Both the position numbers and the translations under genes were made by a program. Under the pieces are notes generated by a model. The model saw only the letters and a list, made by a program, of their open reading frames with translations, was not told the origin of the DNA and made no database searches. From the NCBI RefSeq assembly GCF_047605385.1, contig NZ_JASGFU010000002.1, forward strand, positions 19,419 through 83,418: a stretch of DNA of 64,000 nt. Reading direction: 5' to 3'. Source of the DNA: Legionella sp. GTDB lineage: Bacteria > Pseudomonadota > Gammaproteobacteria > Legionellales > Legionellaceae. Below, piece by piece: positions 31,654-42,102 of the stretch (position 1 is its first letter; each line of letters begins with the position of its first letter).

Positions 31654-32136
31654 ATGGGATGGAGACTTGGTGCAATAGGTTATGCTTTGGATACAGTTAT
31701 CCAGATAATGGCTCCTCAAAGAGGGCGGACTACCAATTTTGCGAGAATGCTTAGTGGGGATAAGCCCTGGGATGTAGAATATTTAGAATATTTGGAAGAA
31801 CAGAAGAAACCCGAAGAACAATTGAAACCTGCACAACAGCTGAAACCTGCAGAAAAGAAGAAAGCTGAAGAACAAAAAAAGAATGAGTATGAAGCTACTA
31901 CTAGTACCATAAAGCCATCTCATGCCAGGCCACAATCTGGTACAGCAGAGTCTACTCTTAGACAAAATGAAATTAGTCCATCGGTTAATAACAGATATAA
32001 TCGTATGATTGAGGAATATAAGAATTATAAACAAAATGAACAAAAAAATTTAAATCTGGCTTTAAAGAACCTCAAGTTCATGAAGATAAACTTTATCTGG
32101 TTTTTCCTAATAAAAAGACAACAACAATTTTTCTAA
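31654..32136 (+). CDS. hypothetical Lys/Glu/Pro-repeat protein; the 3' end looks frameshifted at an A7 tract
   Basis: GAGGG RBS before ATG 31654 (the track start is 31633). KPEEQLKPAQQLKPAEKKKAEEQKK repeats. After A7 (32042-32048) the annotated frame becomes implausible (..NLKFMKINFIWFFLIKRQQQFF*), while another frame reads KFKSGFKEPQVHEDKLYLVFPNKKTTTIFLIGFAQKNK*. Confidence 0.45.
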   Translation: MGWRLGAIGYALDTVIQIMAPQRGRTTNFARMLSGDKPWDVEYLEYLEEQKKPEEQLKPAQQLKPAEKKKAEEQKKNEYEATTSTIKPSHARPQSGTAESTLRQNEISPSVNNRYNRMIEEYKNYKQNEQKNLNLALKNLKFMKINFIWFFLIKRQQQFF

Positions 32137-32158
32137 TTGGATTTGCTCAGAAAAATAA

Positions 32159-32443
32159 ATGAACAGTGTCGTTCGTAATGAAAAGGGTGAAATAATAGCA
32201 AAAATAGAAGGAGGAAAACTAAGTGTCTATGAGGGTAAAGAAAGATTATTTAAAGAAGCTAACGAAAATACCCCTCTTCCTTCAAATGGATTATCAGAAG
32301 AAGAGTTTATATCAAAGAATACTGCTGCTCAAAAAGAAATGAGAAAAGCGCTCCAAAATGAACGAAATACAAAATCAGAACTAAAAACTCACGCTTCTGA
32401 TAGTGATGCTTCAAAACCAGAACCCAAACCTCGCCCTGTTTGA
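32159..32443 (+). CDS. hypothetical small protein
   Basis: 94 aa. The ATG overlaps (ATGA) the stop of the alternative-frame continuation of the upstream gene. Polar, Lys/Glu-rich. Confidence 0.4.
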   Translation: MNSVVRNEKGEIIAKIEGGKLSVYEGKERLFKEANENTPLPSNGLSEEEFISKNTAAQKEMRKALQNERNTKSELKTHASDSDASKPEPKPRPV

Positions 32444-32488
32444 GAATATTCATTTAACTACCTAATTCATTTTTTGTTTATTGTTTTG

Positions 32489-32516
32489 CTTGAAATTTTA
32501 TTCTTTGTCCCCATTT
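32489..32516 (+). promoter_or_regulatory. sigma-32 (heat-shock) promoter of grpE
   Basis: CTTGAAA (32489-32495), 13 nt, CCCCATTT (32509-32516). Matches the CTTGAAA-N13-15-CCCCATNT consensus. Confidence 0.75.
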
Positions 32517-32547
32517 GTTAAATTCACGTTAGTCAGGAGTAATTTGG

Positions 32548-33150
32548 ATGAGCACAGAGAACAAAAAAAATTGGCAGAAAATTAAAGAAGAACATGAGCA
32601 ATATGAAGAACATGATGAGAAGCATATGAATAGCAAGTCTAATCATCATGAAGAATCCCATCATGAAGAGTCTTTAGAACACTCCAGTTACAAAGAACTT
32701 AGCGAACAATTGACCTTAGTAGAACAAAAAGCTCATGAAAACTGGGAAAAGTCTGTACGTGCAATGGCTGAGTTAGATAATGTTCGTCGTCGCGCTGAGC
32801 GCGAAATTGCCAATGCACATCGTTATGGTGCTGAAAAATTAATCAGTGCGTTACTACCTGTGGTTGACAGCTTGGAGCAAGCGTTACAAATGACAGGTAA
32901 AGGTGAAGATGCTGCGATGAGTGAAGGCTTGGAATTAACTATGAAACTCTTTCTTGATGTATTACAAAAATTTGATGTACATCAAATCGATCCTATGGGC
33001 GCTTCTTTTGATCCGCAAGAACATGAAGCCATGTCAATGCAGGATGCTCCAGATGCTGCCCCAAACACTGTATTAGCAGTATTCCAGAAAGGGTATAAAT
33101 TAAATGACCGTGTAATTAGGCCTGCGCGAGTCATTGTCTCAAAAAAATAA
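32548..33150 (+). CDS. grpE: nucleotide exchange factor GrpE
   Basis: ..ELDNVRRRAEREIANAHRYGAEKL.., ..VIRPARVIVSK. 200 aa with an unusually His/Glu-rich N-terminal extension. Confidence 0.93.
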   Translation: MSTENKKNWQKIKEEHEQYEEHDEKHMNSKSNHHEESHHEESLEHSSYKELSEQLTLVEQKAHENWEKSVRAMAELDNVRRRAEREIANAHRYGAEKLISALLPVVDSLEQALQMTGKGEDAAMSEGLELTMKLFLDVLQKFDVHQIDPMGASFDPQEHEAMSMQDAPDAAPNTVLAVFQKGYKLNDRVIRPARVIVSKK

Positions 33151-33161
33151 TAAATTAATGG

Positions 33162-33189
33162 GTTGAAATAAAAGCAATACTCCCCATAT
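33162..33189 (+). promoter_or_regulatory. sigma-32 (heat-shock) promoter of dnaK
   Basis: GTTGAAA (33162-33168), 13 nt, CCCCATAT (33182-33189). Confidence 0.7.
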
Positions 33190-33236
33190 AAAATTCATCA
33201 CATTAGAATACTCACTAATTTGGAGCACGAAATAGA

Positions 33237-35174
33237 ATGGCAAAAATTATAGGAATCGACTTAGGTACAACCAACTCATGTGTTGCCATAATGGAAAGCA
33301 ACCAGCCTAAAGTCATTGAAAACAATGAAGGTCAACGTACTACACCCTCTATCGTTGCTTACACGGATGATGGAGAAACTCTGGTTGGTCTGCCTGCAAA
33401 ACGTCAATCTGTAACCAACCCTGAAAAAACTTTATTCGCAATCAAGCGCTTGATTGGTCGTCGTTATGATGATGCTGTAGTGCAAAAAGACATTAAAATG
33501 GTTCCCTACAAAATCATCAAAGCAGACAATGGCGATGCTTGGGTCCGTGTGCAAAATCAGGATAAAGCACCACCACAAATTTCTGCTGAAGTATTACGCA
33601 AAATGAAAAAAACGGCAGAAGACTATTTGGGTGAAGAAGTTAAAGAAGCAGTAATTACTGTTCCTGCATACTTCAATGACTCTCAACGTCAAGCAACTAA
33701 AGATGCGGGTCGTATCGCGGGTCTTGAAGTGAAGCGTATTATTAATGAGCCAACAGCTGCAGCTCTTGCTTATGGAATGGACAAAAAACGCGGTGATTCC
33801 ATCATTGCAGTATACGACCTTGGTGGTGGTACTTTCGATATTTCTATTATTGAAATTGCGGAAGTGGACGGTGAACACCAATTCGAAGTATTAGCAACTA
33901 ATGGAGATACATTCCTAGGAGGTGAAGACTTTGATCTAGCCTTAATCGACTATCTGGCTGCTGAATTCAAGAAAGATTCAGGAATTGACTTGCACAATGA
34001 TCCATTAGCGTTACAACGTTTAAAAGAAGCTGCAGAAAAAGCAAAAATTGAATTGTCTTCTTCGCAACAAACAGATGTAAATCTGCCTTACATTACTGCG
34101 GATGCTTCTGGACCCAAACACTTAAACATTAAACTGACTCGCGCTAAATTAGAGTCGTTGGTGGAGAAATTAGTTGAACGTACTATTGAGCCTTGCAAAA
34201 TAGCACTGAAAGATGCTGGATTAACTGTATCGCAAATCAGTGAAGTAATTTTGGTTGGTGGTCAAACTCGTATGCCATTAGTACAAAAAACTGTAGAAGA
34301 GTTTTTCGGTAAAGAACCGCGTAAAGACGTGAACCCTGATGAAGCAGTTGCTGTTGGTGCTGCAATTCAAGCAGCGGTATTGTCTGGTGAAGTGAAAGAT
34401 ATTTTATTGCTTGATGTTACTCCGTTGTCTTTAGGTATTGAAACAATGGGTGGTATCATGACTAAACTTATTGAAAAGAATACAACTATTCCTACTAAGG
34501 CAAACCAAGTATTCTCAACTGCTGATGATAACCAAACTGCAGTAACTGTCCATGTATTACAAGGCGAGCGTGAGCAAGCTTCCGCAAACAAATCCTTAGG
34601 GCGCTTTGATTTGGGAGATATTCCTCCTGCACCACGTGGTGTGCCACAAATTGAAGTTACTTTTGATATTGACGCAAACGGTATCTTAAATGTTTCTGCT
34701 AAAGACAAGGCTACTGGTAAGGCACAATCAATTGTGATTAAAGCTTCCAGTGGTTTAAGTGATGAAGAAGTAGAAGCAATGGTACAAGATGCAAAATCTC
34801 ATGCTGAAGAAGATAAGAAGTTTAAAGAAATGGCTGATCTGCGTAACCAAGCGGACAACATGATTCATAGTTGTGAAAAATCAATGAAGGATTTGGCTGG
34901 CGAACTTTCTGATGATGAGAAAAAAGGTATTGAAACGGCAATTGCTGAATTAAAAGAAGCAATTCAAGGTACGGATAAGGCAAAAATTGAAGACAAGCTA
35001 AAAGTCTTAACTGAAGCTTCTTCTAAAATGGCTGAGCGTGTTTATGCGAAAAACTCAGCTGAGGGACAGCAACAAGCAGGTGCTCATCAAGAGCAAGCAC
35101 AAGAATCCGCAAAGGCAGATGACGGTGTTGTTGATGCTGAGTTCGAAGAAGTCAAAGATGAAGATAAGAAGTAG
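33237..35174 (+). CDS. dnaK: molecular chaperone DnaK (Hsp70)
   Basis: [17 protein letters not shown].., [13 protein letters not shown].., full-length 645 aa. Confidence 0.99.
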   Translation: MAKIIGIDLGTTNSCVAIMESNQPKVIENNEGQRTTPSIVAYTDDGETLVGLPAKRQSVTNPEKTLFAIKRLIGRRYDDAVVQKDIKMVPYKIIKADNGDAWVRVQNQDKAPPQISAEVLRKMKKTAEDYLGEEVKEAVITVPAYFNDSQRQATKDAGRIAGLEVKRIINEPTAAALAYGMDKKRGDSIIAVYDLGGGTFDISIIEIAEVDGEHQFEVLATNGDTFLGGEDFDLALIDYLAAEFKKDSGIDLHNDPLALQRLKEAAEKAKIELSSSQQTDVNLPYITADASGPKHLNIKLTRAKLESLVEKLVERTIEPCKIALKDAGLTVSQISEVILVGGQTRMPLVQKTVEEFFGKEPRKDVNPDEAVAVGAAIQAAVLSGEVKDILLLDVTPLSLGIETMGGIMTKLIEKNTTIPTKANQVFSTADDNQTAVTVHVLQGEREQASANKSLGRFDLGDIPPAPRGVPQIEVTFDIDANGILNVSAKDKATGKAQSIVIKASSGLSDEEVEAMVQDAKSHAEEDKKFKEMADLRNQADNMIHSCEKSMKDLAGELSDDEKKGIETAIAELKEAIQGTDKAKIEDKLKVLTEASSKMAERVYAKNSAEGQQQAGAHQEQAQESAKADDGVVDAEFEEVKDEDKK

Positions 35175-35326
35175 ATTGTCTTTGAATTTGCATAAAATTA
35201 TATATTGAGCCGTAAAGCTCAACAATGTGTGCTTAAACTCGCTATGCTGCAAGTAATGGTACTGTTGTTGGGTTTTGCGGCTTAGTTTGGTATTAAACAT
35301 TAATCTTTAAATTATTGTGAGTGGTT

Positions 35327-36457
35327 ATGGAACAGCGGGATTATTATGAACTTTTAGAAGTGAGCCGAACGGCAAGTGATGCGGAAATTAAAAAAGCCTA
35401 TAGAAAGTTAGCAATGAAGTATCATCCAGATCGTAATCCCGGTGATTCCTCCACAGAAGAAAAATTTAAAGAAATTCAAAATGCATACAGCATTCTTTCA
35501 GATCAGAAAAAACGCGCTGCTTATGATCAATTTGGGCATGCAGGTGTTGATCCTTCCATGCGCGGTGGTCCAGGTGGTTTTGGTGGTTTTGGTGATGTGT
35601 TTGAAGATATTTTCGAAAATATCTTCTCAGGCGGTCGTGGCGCAGGCCGACAATCGCGAGGGCAACGTGGTGCTGATTTACAATTTAATGTAACACTTAC
35701 CTTAGAAGAGGCCGCTTTAGGAAAAGAAGTAGAAATTACTGTGCCACGATTAGGTGCGTGTACAATTTGTAGTGGTACTGGAGCAAAACCTGGAACACAT
35801 CCTAAAAATTGTGAAACTTGTAGTGGGATGGGGCAAGTCCGAATTCAACAAGGTTTCTTCTCTATCCAACAAACCTGCCCAACCTGTCATGGAGAAGGAA
35901 AAGTTATTACTGATCCTTGTACCAGTTGTCATGGTCAAGGCCGTATTCGTGAAAGCAAAAAATTAACCGTTAAAATTCCAGCTGGTGTAGATAATGGCGA
36001 TAGAGTCCGACTTAGCGGTGAAGGTGAGGCAGGAATAAATGGTGGGAGTTCTGGAGATCTGTATGTACAGATCAATGTGAAAAAGCATGCCATATTTGAA
36101 CGTCAAGATAATGATTTACATTGTGAGGTTCCCATCAGCTTTATTACAGCGGCTCTAGGTGGTTCTATTGAAGTACCCACACTTGAAGGGCGAGTAACTT
36201 TAAAAATTCCAGCCGAAACTCAAACAAGCAACGTATTTCGTTTAAGAGCTAAAGGAATGAAATCCGTACGTGGACACGGACAAGGTGATTTATTGTGTAA
36301 GGTTGTGGTCGAAACACCAGTAAATTTATCGCGTGAACAAAAAGAGTTACTTGAGAAATTGCAAGAATCATTAGAAAATGCCAAAGCCAATCATTCTCCA
36401 CGAAGCAGTTCTTGGTTTGCTGGCGTGAAAAAATTCTTTGAAGACATGAAATTTTAA
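35327..36457 (+). CDS. dnaJ: molecular chaperone DnaJ
   Basis: J domain with HPDRN, G/F region, four CxxCxGxG zinc motifs. ATG 35327 ([10 protein letters not shown]) is preferred over the GTG at 35321. Confidence 0.97.
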   Translation: MEQRDYYELLEVSRTASDAEIKKAYRKLAMKYHPDRNPGDSSTEEKFKEIQNAYSILSDQKKRAAYDQFGHAGVDPSMRGGPGGFGGFGDVFEDIFENIFSGGRGAGRQSRGQRGADLQFNVTLTLEEAALGKEVEITVPRLGACTICSGTGAKPGTHPKNCETCSGMGQVRIQQGFFSIQQTCPTCHGEGKVITDPCTSCHGQGRIRESKKLTVKIPAGVDNGDRVRLSGEGEAGINGGSSGDLYVQINVKKHAIFERQDNDLHCEVPISFITAALGGSIEVPTLEGRVTLKIPAETQTSNVFRLRAKGMKSVRGHGQGDLLCKVVVETPVNLSREQKELLEKLQESLENAKANHSPRSSSWFAGVKKFFEDMKF

Positions 36458-36601
36458 GATAAGTACGTTACAATTACTCATTTTATTTTTATGTGCATTT
36501 CTTGAGCTCTTATTAACCCCCTTTCTTAATTGCATAGAAAAGGGTCATGAGGGCTAGGTGAACGAACAATGGCGTCAACTTAAGGATTTTTAAATAGAGT
36601 T

Positions 36602-36633
36602 GTAGGTTGGGCCAAGGCCCAACCTACGATTTT
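36602..36633 (+). terminator. rho-independent terminator downstream of dnaJ
   Basis: GTAGGTTGGG / CCCAACCTAC 10-bp stem, loop CCAAGG, followed by GATTTT. Confidence 0.6.
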
Positions 36634-36745
36634 CCTTAACTTAATGACAGAGAGAAAGAGGAAATAGCCTTTGGGTGAACGAATCGAAAACAATGCTTTT
36701 TATTCACCAAACACCACGTCAAAGAAGCATGAACTTAGAGTATGT

Positions 36746-37879
36746 ATGATGAATCAACCAGCAATTTTAGTATTAGCCGACGGTACTGTTTTTGAGGGTA
36801 TCTCAGTTGGAACACAAGGCGATTGTGTTGGCGAGTTGGTTTTTAATACTTCCCTAACTGGTTATCAAGAAATGCTTACTGACCCATCGTATGCGCGCCA
36901 GATTATTACTCTAACCACAGCACATGTCGGTAACACCGGCTGTACTTTTGAAGATATGGAATCAAATAAGGTCTGGGCGGCGGGGTTAGTAATTAGAAAC
37001 TGTTCACTCATTGCTAGCAATTATCGTACACAGCAATCACTCCCTGTTTGGCTTAAAAAAAATAAGGTTGTGGCTATTGCGGGCATTGATACCCGTGATT
37101 TGACTTTGAGATTACGTGAGCATGGAGCCATAGGCGCTTGTATTAGTACTGATGTTGCAAATTCCGAGCGGGCTTTAGCAAAAGCCAAAGGCTTTGCTGG
37201 TTTGCAAGGTGTTGATTTGGCTTTAGAGGTTTCACGCAAAACAAGTGAACGTTGGGATGTGGGGCGAGGTGAATGGGGAGAAGGCTCACAACCACAGCAA
37301 TATCATGTTGTTGCCTACGATTTTGGGGTAAAGCACAATATTTTGCGGATTTTAAATGATAAAGGTTTCCATTTAACGTTGGTACCTGCACAGACCTCAG
37401 CTGCTGAAGTTTTAGCAATGAATCCTGATGGTATTTTTTTATCGAATGGTCCAGGAGATCCAAAAGCCTGCGATTATGCGATTCGTGCAACACAAGTTTT
37501 TTTAGAACAAAACATTCCTGTGTTTGGTATTTGTTTAGGATTTCAAATTCTTGCTTTGGCCTGTGGTGGTGTTACTAAAAAAATGAAGTTTGGCCATCAT
37601 GGTGCCAATCATCCGGTTATAGAAACTCAAGGGAGCAAACGCGTTTTTATAACCAGCCAGAATCATGGCTTTACTGTAGATGAAGACAGCTTACCGGATT
37701 GTTTGACTGTAACGCATCGTTCGTTGTTTGATGATTCTTTACAGGGAGTACGTCATAAAGAAAAGCCTGCTTTAGGTTTTCAAGGACATCCAGAAGCGAG
37801 TCCTGGCCCTCATGATATAGAAATAATTTTTAATGAGTTTATCGAATTGATGAGTATCGTCAAAAACAAAGAGGATTAA
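36746..37879 (+). CDS. carA: carbamoyl-phosphate synthase small (glutaminase) subunit
   Basis: ..[12 protein letters not shown].., catalytic [32 protein letters not shown] 36746 is preferred over the TTG at 36671. Confidence 0.92.
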   Translation: MMNQPAILVLADGTVFEGISVGTQGDCVGELVFNTSLTGYQEMLTDPSYARQIITLTTAHVGNTGCTFEDMESNKVWAAGLVIRNCSLIASNYRTQQSLPVWLKKNKVVAIAGIDTRDLTLRLREHGAIGACISTDVANSERALAKAKGFAGLQGVDLALEVSRKTSERWDVGRGEWGEGSQPQQYHVVAYDFGVKHNILRILNDKGFHLTLVPAQTSAAEVLAMNPDGIFLSNGPGDPKACDYAIRATQVFLEQNIPVFGICLGFQILALACGGVTKKMKFGHHGANHPVIETQGSKRVFITSQNHGFTVDEDSLPDCLTVTHRSLFDDSLQGVRHKEKPALGFQGHPEASPGPHDIEIIFNEFIELMSIVKNKED

Positions 37880-37881
37880 CA

Positions 37882-39030
37882 ATGAACGAGAGTTATGTCT
37901 TTACTTCCGAGTCAGTTTCAGAAGGACATCCAGATAAAATTGCTGATCAGATTTCAGATGCAATTTTAGATGAAGTTTTACGGCAAGACCCAAGAGCACG
38001 AGTTGCTTGCGAAGTTTTGGTTAAGACGGGGATGGTTTTGGTAGGCGGAGAAATTACGACTACAGCTTGGGTTGATGTTGAAGCGGTAACACGACAAGTG
38101 GTAAAAGACATTGGCTATAACAGTTCACAAATGGGATTTGATTGGGAGTCTTGTGCCGTTCTTTCTGCTATTGGTAAACAATCTCCGGATATTGCTCAGG
38201 GCGTAGATAATGAATTAACGAAAACTTTAGGTGCTGGAGACCAAGGAATTATGTTTGGTTACGCTAGCCGTGAAACGGATGTTTACATGCCCGCTCCAAT
38301 TGCGTATGCGCATCGTTTGATGGAAAAGCAGGCAAGCCTTCGAAAATCAGGAGCTTTACCTTGGCTGCGTCCTGATGCAAAGAGTCAGGTAACTTTAAGA
38401 TATGAGAATGGCATTCCAGTTGAGGTGGATACCGTAGTCATTTCTACTCAGCATGCAGATTCGATTAGCCACAAAGAATTAACTGAAGCTGTTCGCGAGG
38501 AAATTATTAAGACGACTTTGCCCGCAGAGTGGTTGACTGATAAAACCCGTTATTTTATTAATCCTACAGGTCGTTTTGTAATTGGCGGACCATTAGGGGA
38601 TTGTGGTTTAACTGGCCGTAAAATCATTGTTGATACTTATGGTGGTATGGCAAGACACGGTGGTGGCTGTTTCTCAGGAAAAGATCCATCAAAAGTTGAT
38701 CGATCAGCGGCCTATGCGGCACGCCATGTAGCGAAAAACATTGTGGCAGCAGGGATTGCGGATAAATGCGAGATCCAGGTTTCTTATGCTATTGGCGTGG
38801 CAGAGCCTACATCAATTTTTGTTGAAACGTTTGGCACGGGTCGTTTAAGCAGTAAAGAAATTATCGAATTGATTCATACTCATTTTGATTTAACACCACA
38901 AGGTGTTATTGAATATCATAATTTATTACGCCCAATTTATCGGGAAACAGCAACTTATGGTCATTATGGTCGTGAGCAGTTCCCTTGGGAGCGTTTAAAT
39001 AAAGCAGCAGAACTACAGAAAGCTTTATAA
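37882..39030 (+). CDS. metK: S-adenosylmethionine synthetase
   Basis: ..[21 protein letters not shown].., GAGDQG, ..[19 protein letters not shown].. 382 aa. Confidence 0.98.
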   Translation: MNESYVFTSESVSEGHPDKIADQISDAILDEVLRQDPRARVACEVLVKTGMVLVGGEITTTAWVDVEAVTRQVVKDIGYNSSQMGFDWESCAVLSAIGKQSPDIAQGVDNELTKTLGAGDQGIMFGYASRETDVYMPAPIAYAHRLMEKQASLRKSGALPWLRPDAKSQVTLRYENGIPVEVDTVVISTQHADSISHKELTEAVREEIIKTTLPAEWLTDKTRYFINPTGRFVIGGPLGDCGLTGRKIIVDTYGGMARHGGGCFSGKDPSKVDRSAAYAARHVAKNIVAAGIADKCEIQVSYAIGVAEPTSIFVETFGTGRLSSKEIIELIHTHFDLTPQGVIEYHNLLRPIYRETATYGHYGREQFPWERLNKAAELQKAL

Positions 39031-39074
39031 AAAGATATACTTAAGGATATTGATTAAATTGACATAAGGATGTG

Positions 39075-40391
39075 ATGATGGACTTAGTGAATAAAGCCAA
39101 GCAACAGGCTGATTATAAAATCGCAGATAAGTCTTTAGCATCCTGGGGGCGTAAAGAAATTGCTATTGCTGAAACGGAAATGCCCGGTTTAATGGCTTTA
39201 CGTGAAGAATATGCGGCAACCCAACCTTTAAAAGGTGCACGCATTGCAGGTTGCCTGCATATGACTATTCAAACCGCTGTGTTAATTGAAACTTTGATGG
39301 CTTTAGGCGCGGAAATTCGTTGGTCTTCTTGTAATATATTTTCCACTCAAGATCATGCTGCCGCTGCTATTGCAGCAGCAGGTATTCCTGTTTTTGCCTG
39401 GAAAGGAGAATCAGAAGAGGAATATTGGTGGTGTGTGGAACAAACTTTGTCTGGTTCTAATGGTTGGACTCCTAATTTATTGTTGGATGATGGGGGTGAT
39501 TTAACCTTGGTTGTCCATAAAAAATATCCGCAATTGCTTGCTGGGATCAAAGGCGTTTCTGAAGAGACAACAACTGGGGTTGCTCGTTTATATGAAATGG
39601 CAAAAAATGGTGAGTTAAAGATTCCGGCGATCAATGTGAATGACTCGGTGACTAAATCTAAATTTGATAATCTTTATGGTTGTCGTGAATCCCTGCTGGA
39701 TGGTTTAAAACGCGCAACTGATGTGATGATTGCTGGAAAAGTGGCTCTGGTTTTAGGCTATGGTGATGTGGGCAAAGGCTGTGCCCAGGCTTTACGTGGT
39801 CAAGGTGCCACAGTATTGATTGCTGAAATCGATCCTATTTGTGCTCTTCAGGCAGCAATGGAAGGGTATCGTGTGGTAAGGCTCGATGATGTGGCCGAAC
39901 AAGTTGATATTGTGGTGACCGCCACCGGAAATTATCATGTAGTTGGGTTAGAGCACATGAAGCGCATGCGTCATCAAGCTATTTTATGCAATATTGGTCA
40001 TTTTGATTCAGAAATTGATGTGCAGAGTTTAAGGCAATATCCTTGGGAAAATATTAAACCGCAAGTTGACCATGTTATTTTTCCTGATGGTAAACGAATT
40101 ATTCTTTTAGCTGAAGGCCGTTTAGTCAATTTAGGTTGTGCTACCGGGCATTCTAGTTTTGTTATGTCTAACTCTTTTAGCAATCAGGTACTGGCACAAA
40201 TTGAATTGTTTCAAAAAGAGGGGCAGTATCACAAACAGGTTTATGTATTACCTAAGTTTTTGGACGAAAAAGTAGCTCGCTTGCATTTAGGCAGAATTGG
40301 CGCCAAATTAACTCAACTCACTCCGGAACAAGCCAGCTATTTAGGCGTTGCTGCCGATGGGCCTTATAAAGCCGACCATTATCGTTATTAA
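39075..40391 (+). CDS. ahcY: adenosylhomocysteinase
   Basis: ..[29 protein letters not shown].., NAD site [10 protein letters not shown], ..YKADHYRY C-terminus. Confidence 0.97.
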   Translation: MMDLVNKAKQQADYKIADKSLASWGRKEIAIAETEMPGLMALREEYAATQPLKGARIAGCLHMTIQTAVLIETLMALGAEIRWSSCNIFSTQDHAAAAIAAAGIPVFAWKGESEEEYWWCVEQTLSGSNGWTPNLLLDDGGDLTLVVHKKYPQLLAGIKGVSEETTTGVARLYEMAKNGELKIPAINVNDSVTKSKFDNLYGCRESLLDGLKRATDVMIAGKVALVLGYGDVGKGCAQALRGQGATVLIAEIDPICALQAAMEGYRVVRLDDVAEQVDIVVTATGNYHVVGLEHMKRMRHQAILCNIGHFDSEIDVQSLRQYPWENIKPQVDHVIFPDGKRIILLAEGRLVNLGCATGHSSFVMSNSFSNQVLAQIELFQKEGQYHKQVYVLPKFLDEKVARLHLGRIGAKLTQLTPEQASYLGVAADGPYKADHYRY

Positions 40392-40520
40392 AATATCATT
40401 TTGCCTATTTATAGGTGTGCTACCCCTTTGCCACATAGGATCATTCAATGAAAAAATCATTTAACTTTTCATTTCTTCGATCGCTATAAATCTTTATTGA
40501 CCGCGCATATATGAGCTTTT

Positions 40521-41807
40521 TTAAACAGGAGCAGGAGTATAAGGCTCGGATGTAGGCAATAATAAAGGTTCAGGTTTGGATTTAAAAAATCCTATTATTT
40601 TCCTTATTCCGTTGTTGTTAGGTTCTTGCCTGTCGTCAAGATGATTTTTCTTACTATAATCAGTTGCTATTTCTTTGATCGTTCCAAAGTTTGGAGCAGG
40701 ATGAATGTCTTTAGGGCTAAAAAGAAGCTCATTCCAATGCTCCATCAGAAACCCTAATCCTTTCATGCCTAAGGTTACTCCGTCTATTACTCTCTCTCTT
40801 AAGGGAGGTATAACAATAGGATGAAGCAGTAAGGCGGATAGGATACCTGCTGATATACCTGCTAAATTTCCGGCTTGTATGCCAATTAGTATTCCTATAA
40901 CGGTAGCACCTAGGGCACAAAGAAAGCCTAATAATGTTACGTTTACTACAAGCAGTACGGCGAACAAAAAGAAACCAATTTTCTGCAGCATGCTGTCGCG
41001 TTCATTCATTTCTTTAATGATATCATTTTTAATAATTGAGCCCATTGAGCAATACAAATATAATAATCCCCCTATATAGCCAACGATAACTCCTGCCATT
41101 ATAGATCCCAGAGTATTATTGGAAAATTTTTGCGAGAAAGGAAGATTGGCTTTAAGGGTTTCATCATTCCATATGGTATAAGCTAGTTTAGGACTTTTCT
41201 TACCGAGGAGAGTTAAAGTTGAGGACGTAAACTTCTTTTTAATGGCAGGCGTAGGAGTAAGCAGTAATTTTTCTATTAACGCATTTAGCTCATCATTCAG
41301 TGTGTTATTTGGTATCTTCGAAATTTGAATATCCTTATCAAAATGTATTTCCAGGAGACAAGGAGTATTTGAATTCATAACATTCGTAATAGATAAATTT
41401 TTATTTTTTTTGGCATAATCCCAAAAATCAATATTATGAGGATTATCCAGTATTTTATTCAAAATAGACGGGTAGAATAGTGCTAATTTGATATCTAGTC
41501 CTTTTGCTTTTAATAATTTCAGATACGTTTCATTTTCATATAAAAAATCTACTTCTTCTAATTTTAGGGAATGCAATAAAAGTTCCTTAAATTTCTGAAA
41601 ATCTTCACCACAGTCAACAAGTTTTTTTAATCGAGATTCTAAAGAAGCCAAATAATTAGGTTTCACTTTTAAAACATCAGCTATATGTTTGCTTGTTTCG
41701 GGAAAAGAATTTTTGTCTTTATCTCCTTTTAAGTAACTATTTATTTTTTGGATAATAAGATCATTTGATACGATGGGAGCAGGCTCAGGAATTTGTACTT
41801 TGGTCAT
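40521..41807 (-). CDS. hypothetical protein: ~230-aa soluble N-domain followed by a Gly-rich multi-TM region (candidate effector)
   Basis: 428 aa. TM cluster ..IMAGVIVGYIGGLLYLY.. and ..FLFAVLLVVNVTLLGFLCALGATVIGILIGIQAGNLAGISAGILSALLL.. Pro-rich tail ..KPEPLLLPTSEPYTPAPV. No family recognised. Confidence 0.5.
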   Translation of the reverse strand: MTKVQIPEPAPIVSNDLIIQKINSYLKGDKDKNSFPETSKHIADVLKVKPNYLASLESRLKKLVDCGEDFQKFKELLLHSLKLEEVDFLYENETYLKLLKAKGLDIKLALFYPSILNKILDNPHNIDFWDYAKKNKNLSITNVMNSNTPCLLEIHFDKDIQISKIPNNTLNDELNALIEKLLLTPTPAIKKKFTSSTLTLLGKKSPKLAYTIWNDETLKANLPFSQKFSNNTLGSIMAGVIVGYIGGLLYLYCSMGSIIKNDIIKEMNERDSMLQKIGFFLFAVLLVVNVTLLGFLCALGATVIGILIGIQAGNLAGISAGILSALLLHPIVIPPLRERVIDGVTLGMKGLGFLMEHWNELLFSPKDIHPAPNFGTIKEIATDYSKKNHLDDRQEPNNNGIRKIIGFFKSKPEPLLLPTSEPYTPAPV

Positions 41808-42102
41808 AAAATTCTTCAGGAAATGATGAGTAATTGCCCTAAACTAACAATTTTTAACTAAAAAGTCAAAATTTATTGTTATGTAGGGGTTTTCGCTTAA
41901 GAAATTCAAAAGTAGGTACCTGGATTTGATTGTATTTTATTGTGAAAGATGGTTAAGTAGATAATATTTTAATAAATTAAACCCATAAAGTACATTAATA
42001 TTACATATTGAAATATATTTGCTATTCTTGTTTTACGATTTGTCCTATTGCATACTGAATTTTGTCTGTTTAGGTTTTTAGGGATTTTATAGGAGGTAGG
42101 GC

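Noticed and set aside
32037-32161. Fusing ORFs 31633..32136 and 32159..32443 into a single protein
   Set aside because: The frame of the downstream ORF has TAA immediately upstream of its ATG (32156-32158) and another at 32111-32113. The alternative frame of the upstream gene ends at TGA 32160-32162. The two can be translationally coupled but not joined by one indel.
35175-35326. Independent feature in the dnaK-dnaJ spacer
   Set aside because: It contains a small hairpin (TTGAGC-cgtaaa-GCTCAA). Such partial attenuators between dnaK and dnaJ are commonplace, and nothing distinguishes this one.
37880-39074. SAM riboswitch upstream of metK or SAH riboswitch upstream of ahcY
   Set aside because: The spacers are only 2 nt (carA-metK) and about 40 nt (metK-ahcY), too short for either aptamer.
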